IMG/VR virus record: IMGVR_UViG_3300020084_000003
Location: 220,777 to 284,776 of that record
Strand: one strand, 5' to 3'
DNA: 64,000 bases
Program-made: the position numbers and the translations under genes
Notes under the pieces: model-generated
Seen by the model: the letters and a program-made list of their open reading frames with translations, nothing else
The model's database searches: none
What the model was told of the DNA's origin: nothing
Shown: one piece after another, positions 42,610 to 50,628 of the stretch
Position numbering within the stretch: position 1 is the first letter of the stretch
Layout of the letters: each line of letters starts with the position of its first letter

Positions 42610-42966
42610 TCATTTAAAGAGTGCTATTGCACCTTTAATCAATTTTAACGTTGCTTTTGGCGTTTCTTTAGCAACATAAATTGAGTGAAAAAATAGTTTT
42701 CTTCTATTGAAGAACTTTTTACCACTATCACTCAATCCTATACCAGCAGGCTTAGAAATAATATGACCTTTATTCATACCATAATCTAAAAAAGTGTTAA
42801 ATAAATAATGGCTATTTGATTTCACTTCTTTACCGTTTATAATTTCATCTGCCAATGGATTTTTGAAATTGTATGAAAGACACAAACAATTCCTGTGATG
42901 TTTATATATGCATTGTAATATCTTCATGTAATCATAAAATTTATAAAAATCTTGTTTACTAGACAT
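42610..42966 (-). CDS. hypothetical protein
   Basis: RBS GGGAG. Confidence 0.5.
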   Translation of the reverse strand: MSSKQDFYKFYDYMKILQCIYKHHRNCLCLSYNFKNPLADEIINGKEVKSNSHYLFNTFLDYGMNKGHIISKPAGIGLSDSGKKFFNRRKLFFHSIYVAKETPKATLKLIKGAIALFK

Positions 42967-42986
42967 TTTTTCTCCCTAAATCACTC

Positions 42987-43030
42987 TCTCCTAGCTGTTA
43001 GGACTATAAATAATCCTAGTAGATAGGAGA
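42987..43030 (+). promoter_or_regulatory. late promoter inside an RBS-sequestering hairpin
   Basis: TCTCCTA..TATAAATA(43005-43012)..TAGGAGA upstream of the GIY-YIG ATG. Confidence 0.7.
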
Positions 43031-43036
43031 CTCATC

Positions 43037-43723
43037 ATGAAATACATAGTATACCAGATAACAAACAATGTCAACCACAAAATATATATCGGAGTTCACA
43101 AAACTCACAATGAGCATGACACTTACTATGGTAGTGGAAATGCAATCAAAAAAGCAATCACAAAATATGGAAAGCACAATTTCACTAAGGATATTTTATT
43201 CACTTTTGATAATCCTAAAGAGGCTTTCGAAAAAGAAGCTGAATTGGTGACTAAAGAATTTGTCAAGTCAAATAAAAACTATAATCTAAAAATAGGTGGG
43301 TGGCATCCAAACGACATTGAAAATTCATACAAAATGATATCCGAAACCAAATCAGGAGTTGCTACGACCAAACATACTGAGGATAGCAAAGAAAAGATAC
43401 GAAAATATAGAAAATCTGTTGTCACCATAAATGATGGTAATGTTGAAAAACGCCATCCTAAAGATTTAGATATACCTAAAGGTTGGAAATTAGGTAGACT
43501 TGATAAAAATAAACAACAAAGAACCCCAAGAACTTATCTTTACATTTCAGAAGAAGGTGAAACACAAAGAATAACCAACTTAAAGAAATGGTGTGACGAA
43601 AATAATCTTAATTATTATAATATAAATGACTGCATTGACAAAGGTATTATTAGACCATCTACTAATAAACAGTCACCTACCAGAATTTTCATGATAGGCA
43701 AAGAAATTAAACGTATTGATTAA
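43037..43723 (+). CDS. GIY-YIG homing endonuclease
   Basis: YIVYQITN..KIYIGVH..YYGSG..E..YN. Confidence 0.88.
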   Translation: MKYIVYQITNNVNHKIYIGVHKTHNEHDTYYGSGNAIKKAITKYGKHNFTKDILFTFDNPKEAFEKEAELVTKEFVKSNKNYNLKIGGWHPNDIENSYKMISETKSGVATTKHTEDSKEKIRKYRKSVVTINDGNVEKRHPKDLDIPKGWKLGRLDKNKQQRTPRTYLYISEEGETQRITNLKKWCDENNLNYYNINDCIDKGIIRPSTNKQSPTRIFMIGKEIKRID

Positions 43724-43724
43724 A

Positions 43725-43863
43725 CAGGAACAACTTTTTGCTTTAACGGCGTTCTAACTTCTAAACTAACCCCCATCAATTTTATTTTTGGTTGGGGGTG
43801 TAGGATTTGCACCTACGTTTCCGGCTCCGAATGCATAGCTGATTGTTTGCTGAAATGTTCCTT
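43725..43863 (-). ncRNA. CAGCAA-handle RNA copy A with a circularly permuted tRNA
   Basis: GGAACA-TTTCAGCAA..3' tRNA half with CCA..13 nt..5' tRNA half..TGTTCC-TG. Confidence 0.75.
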
Positions 43864-44001
43864 AGAAGCCATACTAATCGGTCAGCGATTTAATATGACC
43901 TCTGAGAAACACTATAGTAGTGCCAATGCCCGAAGGCATTGGCTAGTTATGTCTCTAACGCCTTACCGTGATATACAGACCATTTCTGGTGCGCCATACG
44001 T

Positions 44002-44030
44002 ATCATACAACACGCTTGCAAGCTTGTCAA
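44002..44030 (-). promoter_or_regulatory. sigma70-type promoter
   Basis: TTGACA-17 nt-TATGAT. Confidence 0.8.
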
Positions 44031-44102
44031 TAGACAACCGAGACTGTCTTGCATTATATTTACAAGCTATGGTATTATTCATACCACAGCCTGTTCCTTA
44101 TG

Positions 44103-44501
44103 TCAAGCTTCAATCCATTCTTGAAGCCCTTCTTTGGTAAGATTTCCATGTTGGGAACCACCATACTTCTGAATCATCTTCAAAACGCGAGGAAGAATAT
44201 AGTAATAAAACTCATGTTCTCTCTCTGGTTTTCTTTTAGATTCAACTTTCTTGTAAGACTTACCTTCGATGAAGGCTCTTGCAATATAGGTTGCTCTGTT
44301 TTCATTTCTAACATCTTCTCTTCTATGAGATTTGAGATTCATGAAACTATTGTGTTTTTGGGCATACTCCGTATGGCCTTGATCCATTCCATTATCTTTT
44401 AGCCAATCTAGTTGTCTACGAAGCTTGTTCTCTTCAAAACGAATGATACGAGCTTCTTCTGAAAGATGTTTATTTTTGATTTTTAGTTCTAATGATTTCA
44501 T
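44103..44501 (-). CDS. hypothetical protein
   Basis: RBS AGGA, coherent ORF. Confidence 0.6.
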   Translation of the reverse strand: MKSLELKIKNKHLSEEARIIRFEENKLRRQLDWLKDNGMDQGHTEYAQKHNSFMNLKSHRREDVRNENRATYIARAFIEGKSYKKVESKRKPEREHEFYYYILPRVLKMIQKYGGSQHGNLTKEGLQEWIEA

Positions 44502-44650
44502 TGTTATAATCCTTTTATAATGTTACAGTTAAGCTTGTTAAAAGTAACAAAGGACTACGGTGGTTTTAAGATATCAATCTACATGTTAATTCTCCATTTT
44601 AAGATGCCAGTTTCAACGGGATTTCTGGTTTCCCTTCCCTTTCGGGATTA

Positions 44651-44726
44651 TGGAGCCTCGTGCGGGAATTGAACCCGCTTACATCCAGATTAGGGGCCGG
44701 GTGCATTACCATAATGCTAACGAAGC
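44651..44726 (-). tRNA. tRNA-Arg(CCT)-like, atypical anticodon arm
   Basis: Good acceptor, D and T arms and CCA; anticodon arm CCCGG-CCCCTAA-TCTGG is imperfect and lacks U33. Confidence 0.55.
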
Positions 44727-44732
44727 AATTAG

Positions 44733-44828
44733 TTCAGGAATATATTTGTGCCCACCATCGGGCGATTCGCAAAATGCTGCAAATATAGGAGTCGAACCTA
44801 TAAGTTTTGTTTGCTGTAATATTCCTTT
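44733..44828 (-). ncRNA. CAGCAA-handle RNA copy B (T-arm cargo)
   Basis: GGAATAT-TACAGCAA..ATAGG-TTCGACT-CCTAT..ATATTCC-TGAA. Confidence 0.7.
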
Positions 44829-44888
44829 ATAACAACACATCAGCGCGAACGAGGTTTGTGCTTGGCCGAAAGGAAGCCGATGTGTTGA

Positions 44889-45138
44889 TATAAAGAAACA
44901 AGTTCTTTAATTTATTCAGTAATACGCGCTTTAGACATTTGCGTTTACCATTCCGCCATTTCAGGATTTCTCCTAAAAGTGGGATTCGAACCCACAATCC
45001 GATGTTTTTGCTGTATATTGCTGTAGTATTCCTTTATAATAACATACCAGTTCTTATGTATAATGGGATTTCTCCCTTGATCTAATATATTTTTTCAGGT
45101 ATGTTATTATAAAGAAACAAGTTCTTTAATTTATTCAG
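44889..45138. repeat. 31-bp perfect direct repeat (44889-44919 and 45108-45138)
   Basis: tataaagaaacaagttctttaatttattcag occurs twice, 219 bp apart. Confidence 0.9.
44915..45035 (-). ncRNA. CAGCAA-handle RNA copy C (permuted T-acceptor-D cargo)
   Basis: T arm GTGGG-TTCGAAT-CCCAC, acceptor TTTTAGGA-GAAA-TCCTGAAA, D arm GCG-GAATGGTAAA-CGC. Confidence 0.75.
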
Positions 45139-45255
45139 GATTGATTTGCATACATGTTACCATTACACCACAAGTAGTTTTACCTACCAGCAGGGATTCG
45201 AACCCTGATCTTCCTTGTCGAAAAAGATTTGCTAAAAATTGCTGAAACAATCCTT
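45134..45255 (-). ncRNA. CAGCAA-handle RNA copy D (permuted T-acceptor-D cargo)
   Basis: CAGGG-TTCGAAT-CCCTG, CTGGTAG..CTACTTG, GTG-TAATGGTAA-CAT; handle GGATTG/CAATCC. Confidence 0.75.
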
Positions 45256-45313
45256 GTAAGATAACCATGCCACAGAAAGGATAAAAGACTTGGTTATCTC
45301 AGAAAAATTGTTA

Positions 45314-45389
<76 letters not shown>

Positions 45390-45400
45390 ATTATTTTATA

Positions 45401-45462
45401 TTCAGGGTTACATGCTTGATTCTGAGTTAGAGAATTTTTGCTTGTTTGCTGGAATAACCCTT
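45401..45462 (-). ncRNA. CAGCAA-handle RNA copy E (anticodon-arm-like hairpin)
   Basis: GGGTTA-TTCCAGCAA..ATTCT-CTAACTC-AGAAT..TAACCC-TGAA. Confidence 0.7.
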
Positions 45463-45561
45463 ATAAGGTAAGACGATAGGTTCAATATGAGGAACCAAAT
45501 ATCTCACGCACTCCCGCAGGATTACTATCTTGACATTATCATCTTACCTTAAAAAAGTTAT

Positions 45562-45638
45562 TGGTAGTCCGAGTAGGGATCGAACCTACAACCGTTCCGT
45601 TATGAGCGGAAAGCTCTAACCAATTGAGCTATCGGACC
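45562..45638 (-). tRNA. tRNA(CAT), Ile2- or elongator-Met-like
   Basis: TTCCG-CTCATAA-CGGAA, CCA. Confidence 0.85.
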
Positions 45639-45749
45639 ATTCTTTCTTTCTATCCGTCTATCTTAACACAGCCTTGCAGCAGTGTCAAGAAGTTTTTTAC
45701 AATGCCTAACCCTTATAGGTGATTCTCTAGCGACTGTCAAGAAAGATTT

Positions 45750-45835
45750 TGGCGGTTCAGGCAGGACTTGAACCTGCACCCTTTTCGGACACCGGGCTTT
45801 TTACCCGGCGATGGCTACCATTTCATCACCGAACC
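45750..45835 (-). tRNA. class II tRNA-like gene with a non-canonical loop (UAAAAAG)
   Basis: Leu-like D arm, variable arm, T arm, G73-CCA; CCGGG-TAAAAAG-CCCGG. Confidence 0.55.
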
Positions 45836-45881
45836 GTTATTATCATAAATAGTATTATTAACTTATAACAGGAAATAACAG

Positions 45882-46238
45882 ATGAAACTTTATACATACA
45901 AAATATCAGTAGAACGTGTTGTCGATGGTGACACTATCGTTGCCATGATTGATCTAGGATTTCACACTTTTATTAAAGAACATGTGAGATTGTATGATGT
46001 TGACACACCAGAAGTATTCGGCAGATATGCAGAACCAAGAGGAAAACTTGCTACTGAATTCACCGACACATGGCTTCGCGGGGATGACCCGGACGCACCA
46101 TTTTTAAAAGGTCTTATCATGGACTCTAGAAAATATGATGCCCGTGAGAAATACGGTCGTAGTCTTGGAGAAATTTTCCGTCCAAACGATCCTATCAGTC
46201 TAAATCAAGCTCTTAAAAATGCAGGACACGAAAAATAA
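45882..46238 (+). CDS. staphylococcal-nuclease (thermonuclease) family protein
   Basis: RVVDGDT..VRLYDVDTPE..KYGRSLG. Confidence 0.85.
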   Translation: MKLYTYKISVERVVDGDTIVAMIDLGFHTFIKEHVRLYDVDTPEVFGRYAEPRGKLATEFTDTWLRGDDPDAPFLKGLIMDSRKYDAREKYGRSLGEIFRPNDPISLNQALKNAGHEK

Positions 46239-46241
46239 TAT

Positions 46242-46484
46242 TTAACAAATAATATTATTTACTTCCATGCCGTATTCTTTAAAATCTTCGAACGTTGTAG
46301 CTTCACTTTGGATGTTCATTATAAACATTTTCTCGCCAATAGTTCTACCGTGATTGTCTTTCATTACAATATATATGGTAGGACAATGGCTGTCATCTAA
46401 TGAATTATTCAAGGCTAAATCTGTAGCCCATGTTTCTAAATCAAAAACTAGCTTGTCGGCTTTAATATTCATATTCATATTCAA
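46242..46484 (-). CDS. hypothetical protein
   Basis: Overlaps the upstream stop. Confidence 0.45.
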   Translation of the reverse strand: MNMNMNIKADKLVFDLETWATDLALNNSLDDSHCPTIYIVMKDNHGRTIGEKMFIMNIQSEATTFEDFKEYGMEVNNIIC

Positions 46485-46885
46485 CCCTCTTTTACCTCTT
46501 CCAGCATATCATCTGGGAAATATTCATCCTGTCTTACATCATCTTTATCAAACCACGTGCATCGCATTGTCGTTCCATATGACGCTGTTATGCCTTCTGC
46601 ACCAGTTCTAGGATATACCATCATTACAGGACCACCAGATTTTAAACGGGCTTTAATCGGTTCTTTAATATCTTTGATACGCATTTCAACACTCTTAGAC
46701 TCTAATTTTTTAGGTTGTAACATAGATTTCATTTCACTTCCAATAAATTCCAAAGCATGTTCTATAGTTGGCCTTTCACCGTCAGGAAATTGAAAGTAAA
46801 AGCTATAGTCGTTTATTTTTAAAAATGCGTCAGAATCAAGATAGTCTACATCAACTATTTCATAGTAAAGTATCGTATTGCTCAT
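46481..46885 (-). CDS. protein with a C-terminal DUF2158/YodC-like domain
   Basis: LKSGGPVMMV..CTWFD....F....L. Confidence 0.65.
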   Translation of the reverse strand: MSNTILYYEIVDVDYLDSDAFLKINDYSFYFQFPDGERPTIEHALEFIGSEMKSMLQPKKLESKSVEMRIKDIKEPIKARLKSGGPVMMVYPRTGAEGITASYGTTMRCTWFDKDDVRQDEYFPDDMLEEVKEG

Positions 46886-46951
46886 TTGATTTCCTTCACT
46901 GTTAAATCAGGCTTTTCATTTCAGTCATCATGTTTTTGTCTACACCAAATC

Positions 46952-47173
46952 TCATGGTTTGTTATCTAAAAGATATTTTTTACCAGCTTCACTTACAATA
47001 ATCTCTTTTTCAGAGTTTATCTCCATGAGTCCGCGTTCTACTAAACCTGCAATTCTTGGACCTCGGATATCACCATTATTTTTCAAAGTGAAACCTTTTG
47101 GTCCAAATAATTCTTCGTATCTCAGAACTCCACTCAAAAACCAATATTCTTTAAGTTCTTTCTTACTCAGCAT
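46952..47173 (-). CDS. hypothetical protein
   Basis: Operon packing. Confidence 0.5.
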   Translation of the reverse strand: MLSKKELKEYWFLSGVLRYEELFGPKGFTLKNNGDIRGPRIAGLVERGLMEINSEKEIIVSEAGKKYLLDNKP

Positions 47174-47564
47174 CAGTCTCGCCTAATTCTTTTTTCAATT
47201 TCTCAAGCTGCTTTAGCTTCTTTTCTCTAGCCTTTGCCTCACGGGCTTCTTTTGCTTTTCTGGCTGCATTTTCACGCTCTTGTTTGGCTTTTTCTTCTTT
47301 TTCTAGATACTTCTCATAGTCGTCAAATATTTCTTTTACTTCTTCATCTTCGACTTCTCTGATTATTACTATCTGAGTTTCACCATATTTTTTCTTTTCA
47401 TTGTAAATTCTAACCGCAGTTTGAAGTCTATTTAACTCTTCCCAATTCAATTCCATAGTTTTAAAATCAGATAGCAAGGCTACGAAAACACTGGAATAGT
47501 CGTCGTAGTAATCTCCGTTAAATTTTTGAGATAGAGATACTAATTTTATCTTAAATTTTTCCAT
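47163..47564 (-). CDS. hypothetical protein with coiled-coil C-terminus
   Basis: RBS GGGAG. Confidence 0.6.
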   Translation of the reverse strand: MEKFKIKLVSLSQKFNGDYYDDYSSVFVALLSDFKTMELNWEELNRLQTAVRIYNEKKKYGETQIVIIREVEDEEVKEIFDDYEKYLEKEEKAKQERENAARKAKEAREAKAREKKLKQLEKLKKELGETDAE

Positions 47565-47817
47565 AATTAATCTCCCACTGTATTTCAGATAAGAACTATC
47601 TGTTATACCACATCATCCCTTTCCATCATAATCCACAAGAAAAGGTTTTAATCTTTCAGCCAACTCTCGCAGAGGAATTTCTACCTTGGAAATGTCAGCA
47701 TAAATCTGCCCTTCTTCTTGAACAGACAAACAAATTTGAAGTGCAGGCTCTTTGGACCATTCAGAAATTACAAAGTTATAGTTCAGGTCTTGCCAACTCA
47801 TATTTCTACCTTTCTTA

Positions 47818-48189
47818 TCACAACACCCTCTCAAATTGAGATGTTCCCATTCTAATATAGTATTCACCATTAATCTCAGAAATATAATAAAGAGCGTCAT
47901 ATTGTGGCTTTATAATCAGATCATCATCTAATTTCTTTCTGTAACAAAGAAACACTTCTCTATCCATTTTCTTTTTTTCTTTATCCAAGAAGAAAGAAAG
48001 TCCAGTAGGACTAGTAGCAAAAAACTTAAATTTTTCAATTACAGGGTGATCCATCACCAATTTTTCCTCTCCACTATTGATATATTCAGAATTTTTCTCT
48101 ATCATATATCTCCAAGAATCATATGTATTGATATGTGTTCTAATATCTTGTATCGCTTCAAGACTAATATCAAAATTTTGATGAAACAC
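47818..48189 (-). CDS. hypothetical protein
   Basis: RBS AGGAG (GTG start). Confidence 0.5.
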   Translation of the reverse strand: MFHQNFDISLEAIQDIRTHINTYDSWRYMIEKNSEYINSGEEKLVMDHPVIEKFKFFATSPTGLSFFLDKEKKKMDREVFLCYRKKLDDDLIIKPQYDALYYISEINGEYYIRMGTSQFERVL

Positions 48190-48208
48190 TAGAAATCTCC
48201 TTAAATAT

Positions 48209-48298
48209 TGGCGGATACAGAGGGAGTCGAACCCCCACGAGTCGTTAGCTCCTAACGCATTTCAAGTGCGCGGCCACCGCCAGTTGGCTTGTGTATCC
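48209..48298 (-). tRNA. tRNA-Ser(TGA)
   Basis: Class II, GCGCA-CTTGAAA-TGCGT, G73, CCA. Confidence 0.93.
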
Positions 48299-48304
48299 GT
48301 AAAA

Positions 48305-48450
48305 TCTTCGACTGATACCACGCTTCTATCTTGACTGCCCGCCGCAGGCATCTCCCCATCCGAGGTCCGGTGCGTTTTTCTGTGTAAATAACCACACTTC
48401 AATCGTCGGGGCGCAACCCACTGACTAGCGGCTTATCATTTCCGCGCGTT
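48305..48450 (-). ncRNA. GC-rich structured RNA of unknown family
   Basis: ORF-free, follows TTGACA-17-TATAAG (48456-48484), several hairpins. Confidence 0.45.
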
Positions 48451-48495
48451 CTTATCTTATAGCACTGATTCGTGCCTGTGTCAATAAGTAAATAA

Positions 48496-48570
48496 TGGAG
48501 CGGGTAGTGAGAAATCGAACCCACTTCTTATGATTGGCAATCATATGTAATACCTATATACGATACCCGC
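48496..48570 (-). tRNA. tRNA-Gly(GCC)
   Basis: TATGA-TTGCCAA-TCATA, U73, CCA, 8-nt T loop. Confidence 0.9.
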
Positions 48571-48576
48571 AAAAAA

Positions 48577-49080
48577 TTATTCATTATAGCTAAATTTTCT
48601 AGCTGCTTTAGAAATGTTAGTATGATGGACATTGAACATTTCTCCTAATTCTCTTGAAGAATATTTTCCACCATTTTTCTTTGCATTTTTAATTATAAAC
48701 TCAACTTGTTCTTCTGTTAGCTTAGAACCAGAATTTTTTATTCGTTTTTTAGCTTTATTTAACCCCATCTTAAAAGCGTGTTGAACATTTTCTTTCCCTG
48801 TAACCCATTCTAGATTAGAAACAATATTATTATTCTTATTCCCATCTTTATGATTTACCTCTGGTAAGTCATTTAAATTATCAATGAACGCCATTGCAAC
48901 TAAACGATGTATTCTAAAACATTTACATACTCCCTCTACTCTAGTAGATAATACAGAATATCCAGACTTAACCTTACCTTGTTTTAAAATCTTATTCGTT
49001 CTTTTAGAAAATACTCGCCCCATATTGGAAATTATGAATATGGTTTCATAACCAACAACATCTTTCCAAATTTCTTTCAT
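48577..49080 (-). CDS. NUMOD4-HNH homing endonuclease
   Basis: EIWKDVVGYE..ISNMGRV; IHRLVAMAF..EVNHKDGNKNNN..NLEW. Confidence 0.9.
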   Translation of the reverse strand: MKEIWKDVVGYETIFIISNMGRVFSKRTNKILKQGKVKSGYSVLSTRVEGVCKCFRIHRLVAMAFIDNLNDLPEVNHKDGNKNNNIVSNLEWVTGKENVQHAFKMGLNKAKKRIKNSGSKLTEEQVEFIIKNAKKNGGKYSSRELGEMFNVHHTNISKAARKFSYNE

Positions 49081-49098
49081 TTCATCTTCCTTTTTATT

Positions 49099-49188
49099 TT
49101 CAGGATGTTATAATTTACGGAATCGAACCGTTTCGTTTTGATTTGAAGTCAAAATTTTATCCAAAGATAAATTGCTGCAAACATCCTA
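49099..49188 (-). ncRNA. CAGCAA-handle RNA copy F (D-like hairpin + UCA anticodon arm + T arm)
   Basis: GGATGTT-TGCAGCAA..TTTGA-CTTCAAA-TCAAA..ACGG-TTCGATT-CCGT..AACATCC-TGAA. Confidence 0.75.
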
Positions 49189-49190
49189 TT

Positions 49191-49412
49191 TTATTCTACG
49201 ATAACAACTTCTTTTACACCGCCAAGAATATCATCTCTTTTATTGAAATCTTGGATTACACTTTCATAATTTTCAACCCTTAAAATCTTGCTTTTCTGGA
49301 TATAATGTTTACCATCAACAATTTTTCCACCCGGTGAGTAGTATTCAAGAGCATTATAAAGTTGTCCAAAGTAAGTTTTCTCCGGTTTAGGATAATCAGT
49401 TTCATACCCCAT
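49191..49412 (-). CDS. hypothetical protein
   Basis: Minus-strand ORF. Confidence 0.5.
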   Translation of the reverse strand: MGYETDYPKPEKTYFGQLYNALEYYSPGGKIVDGKHYIQKSKILRVENYESVIQDFNKRDDILGGVKEVVIVE

Positions 49413-49670
49413 AGTTATTCACCGTAAAGCTCTTTTTCATATGCTTCCCAATCAAACTTTCCTTCTTCATAATAAATCTCCTTGTAAGAAAACATAAGCT
49501 TTATACACCAAACTGCTTTCAATACAGCTTCGGACAACCAACCGATCCTCTAGCTTCTCAGGCTAGTGTGCGTTTATGCTATTAGGGTAGCATGGTCCAT
49601 ATTCGCTTGTCAAGTGTCATTTTGAACCCTAACTCAAAACGAACTCTATATGTTTTCTTATAAAGAGATT

Positions 49671-49865
49671 TCACTCTTCATAGTCTAATCTATACATTTT
49701 TATACTTTCATCTGTATTTCTAATGAAATTTACAGTAGGTCCAAGGTTTCTCTTCCTATCCATATTGTTTTCTTCATTGTGATTATACAAATCTTGTTCT
49801 ATAGATTTTGCTATTTTTCTAATTTCTCTTAGCTTTCTATCTACTTGCTTTGGAACATTAGGCAT
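49671..49865 (-). CDS. hypothetical protein
   Basis: Operon packing. Confidence 0.5.
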   Translation of the reverse strand: MPNVPKQVDRKLREIRKIAKSIEQDLYNHNEENNMDRKRNLGPTVNFIRNTDESIKMYRLDYEE

Positions 49866-49867
49866 AT

Positions 49868-50074
49868 CTATTCTCTATTTTTAATACTCTTTTCAATTTC
49901 CAAAAATATTTCTTTTCGTATTTCTTCGTGTAAAGTTTGCATAAGAAGATCATTATTATAAGCTTGTATCATGGCATCATATTCTTCATGAGTATAATCT
50001 TTATAAAACCTTCCAGTATGATCCTCATAAACTCTTATCATACCATTTTCTAATTCTTCCATGATAAACCTCAT
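49868..50074 (-). CDS. hypothetical protein
   Basis: Operon packing. Confidence 0.5.
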   Translation of the reverse strand: MRFIMEELENGMIRVYEDHTGRFYKDYTHEEYDAMIQAYNNDLLMQTLHEEIRKEIFLEIEKSIKNRE

Positions 50075-50111
50075 AATATATAGCTAACGATAAAAAATTG
50101 TTTAAAATCAA

Positions 50112-50189
50112 TGGTCTGGGCGGCTGGATTCGAACCAGCGTTTTCTTGTTTCCAAAACAAGCGGATTAACCAGACTTTCCCACGCCCAG
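50112..50189 (-). tRNA. tRNA-Pro(TGG)
   Basis: CTTGT-TTTGGAA-ACAAG, C1:G72, A73, CCA. Confidence 0.92.
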
Positions 50190-50308
50190 ATTAATAGTCT
50201 ATGTGCAGAATAAATCCGTCATTTCTATCGGTTTCCAAATGGACTATATTCATTTGGCCTATCCTTTTCTGTGAAAACTCGCTACCCACGTAAGGATGTG
50301 GACGATAT

Positions 50309-50383
50309 TGGAGCGGGTAGCGGGAAATCGAACCCGCACATTCTGATTGGAAATCAGACAGGCTACCACTACATCATACCCGC
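50309..50383 (-). tRNA. tRNA-Gly(TCC)
   Basis: TCTGA-TTTCCAA-TCAGA, U73, CCA, 8-nt T loop. Confidence 0.9.
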
Positions 50384-50397
50384 ATATGAGCAATTAT

Positions 50398-50628
50398 TTA
50401 CTCAATTTTATTATCAATGGCTTCTATAATATCTTCATTGGAAGGTTTATAGTCCCATTCAACCCTGTAACTTGTTACAGTATTTGCATTTCTTTCTTCC
50501 CATTCCAAAATGTATGGTCCAAAGAACACATATTTGCGTCTAACGCTTTTCTTCAAATAGTCTAACGCCATATCTTTAGGGTCAGGAAGTTCATTATATG
50601 TGATAAACTTTTTCATATCAGACCTCAA
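50398..50628 (-). CDS. hypothetical protein
   Basis: Operon packing. Confidence 0.5.
   Translation of the reverse strand: MRSDMKKFITYNELPDPKDMALDYLKKSVRRKYVFFGPYILEWEERNANTVTSYRVEWDYKPSNEDIIEAIDNKIE

Noticed and set aside
43725-43995. Permuted tmRNA (ssrA)
   Set aside because: Layout fits, but there is no G3:U70 pair, no pseudoknotted coding piece and no tag ORF ending in AA-stop
44733-45255. CRISPR array
   Set aside because: Only two 31-bp repeats 219 bp apart, with structured interiors, and no cas genes in the window
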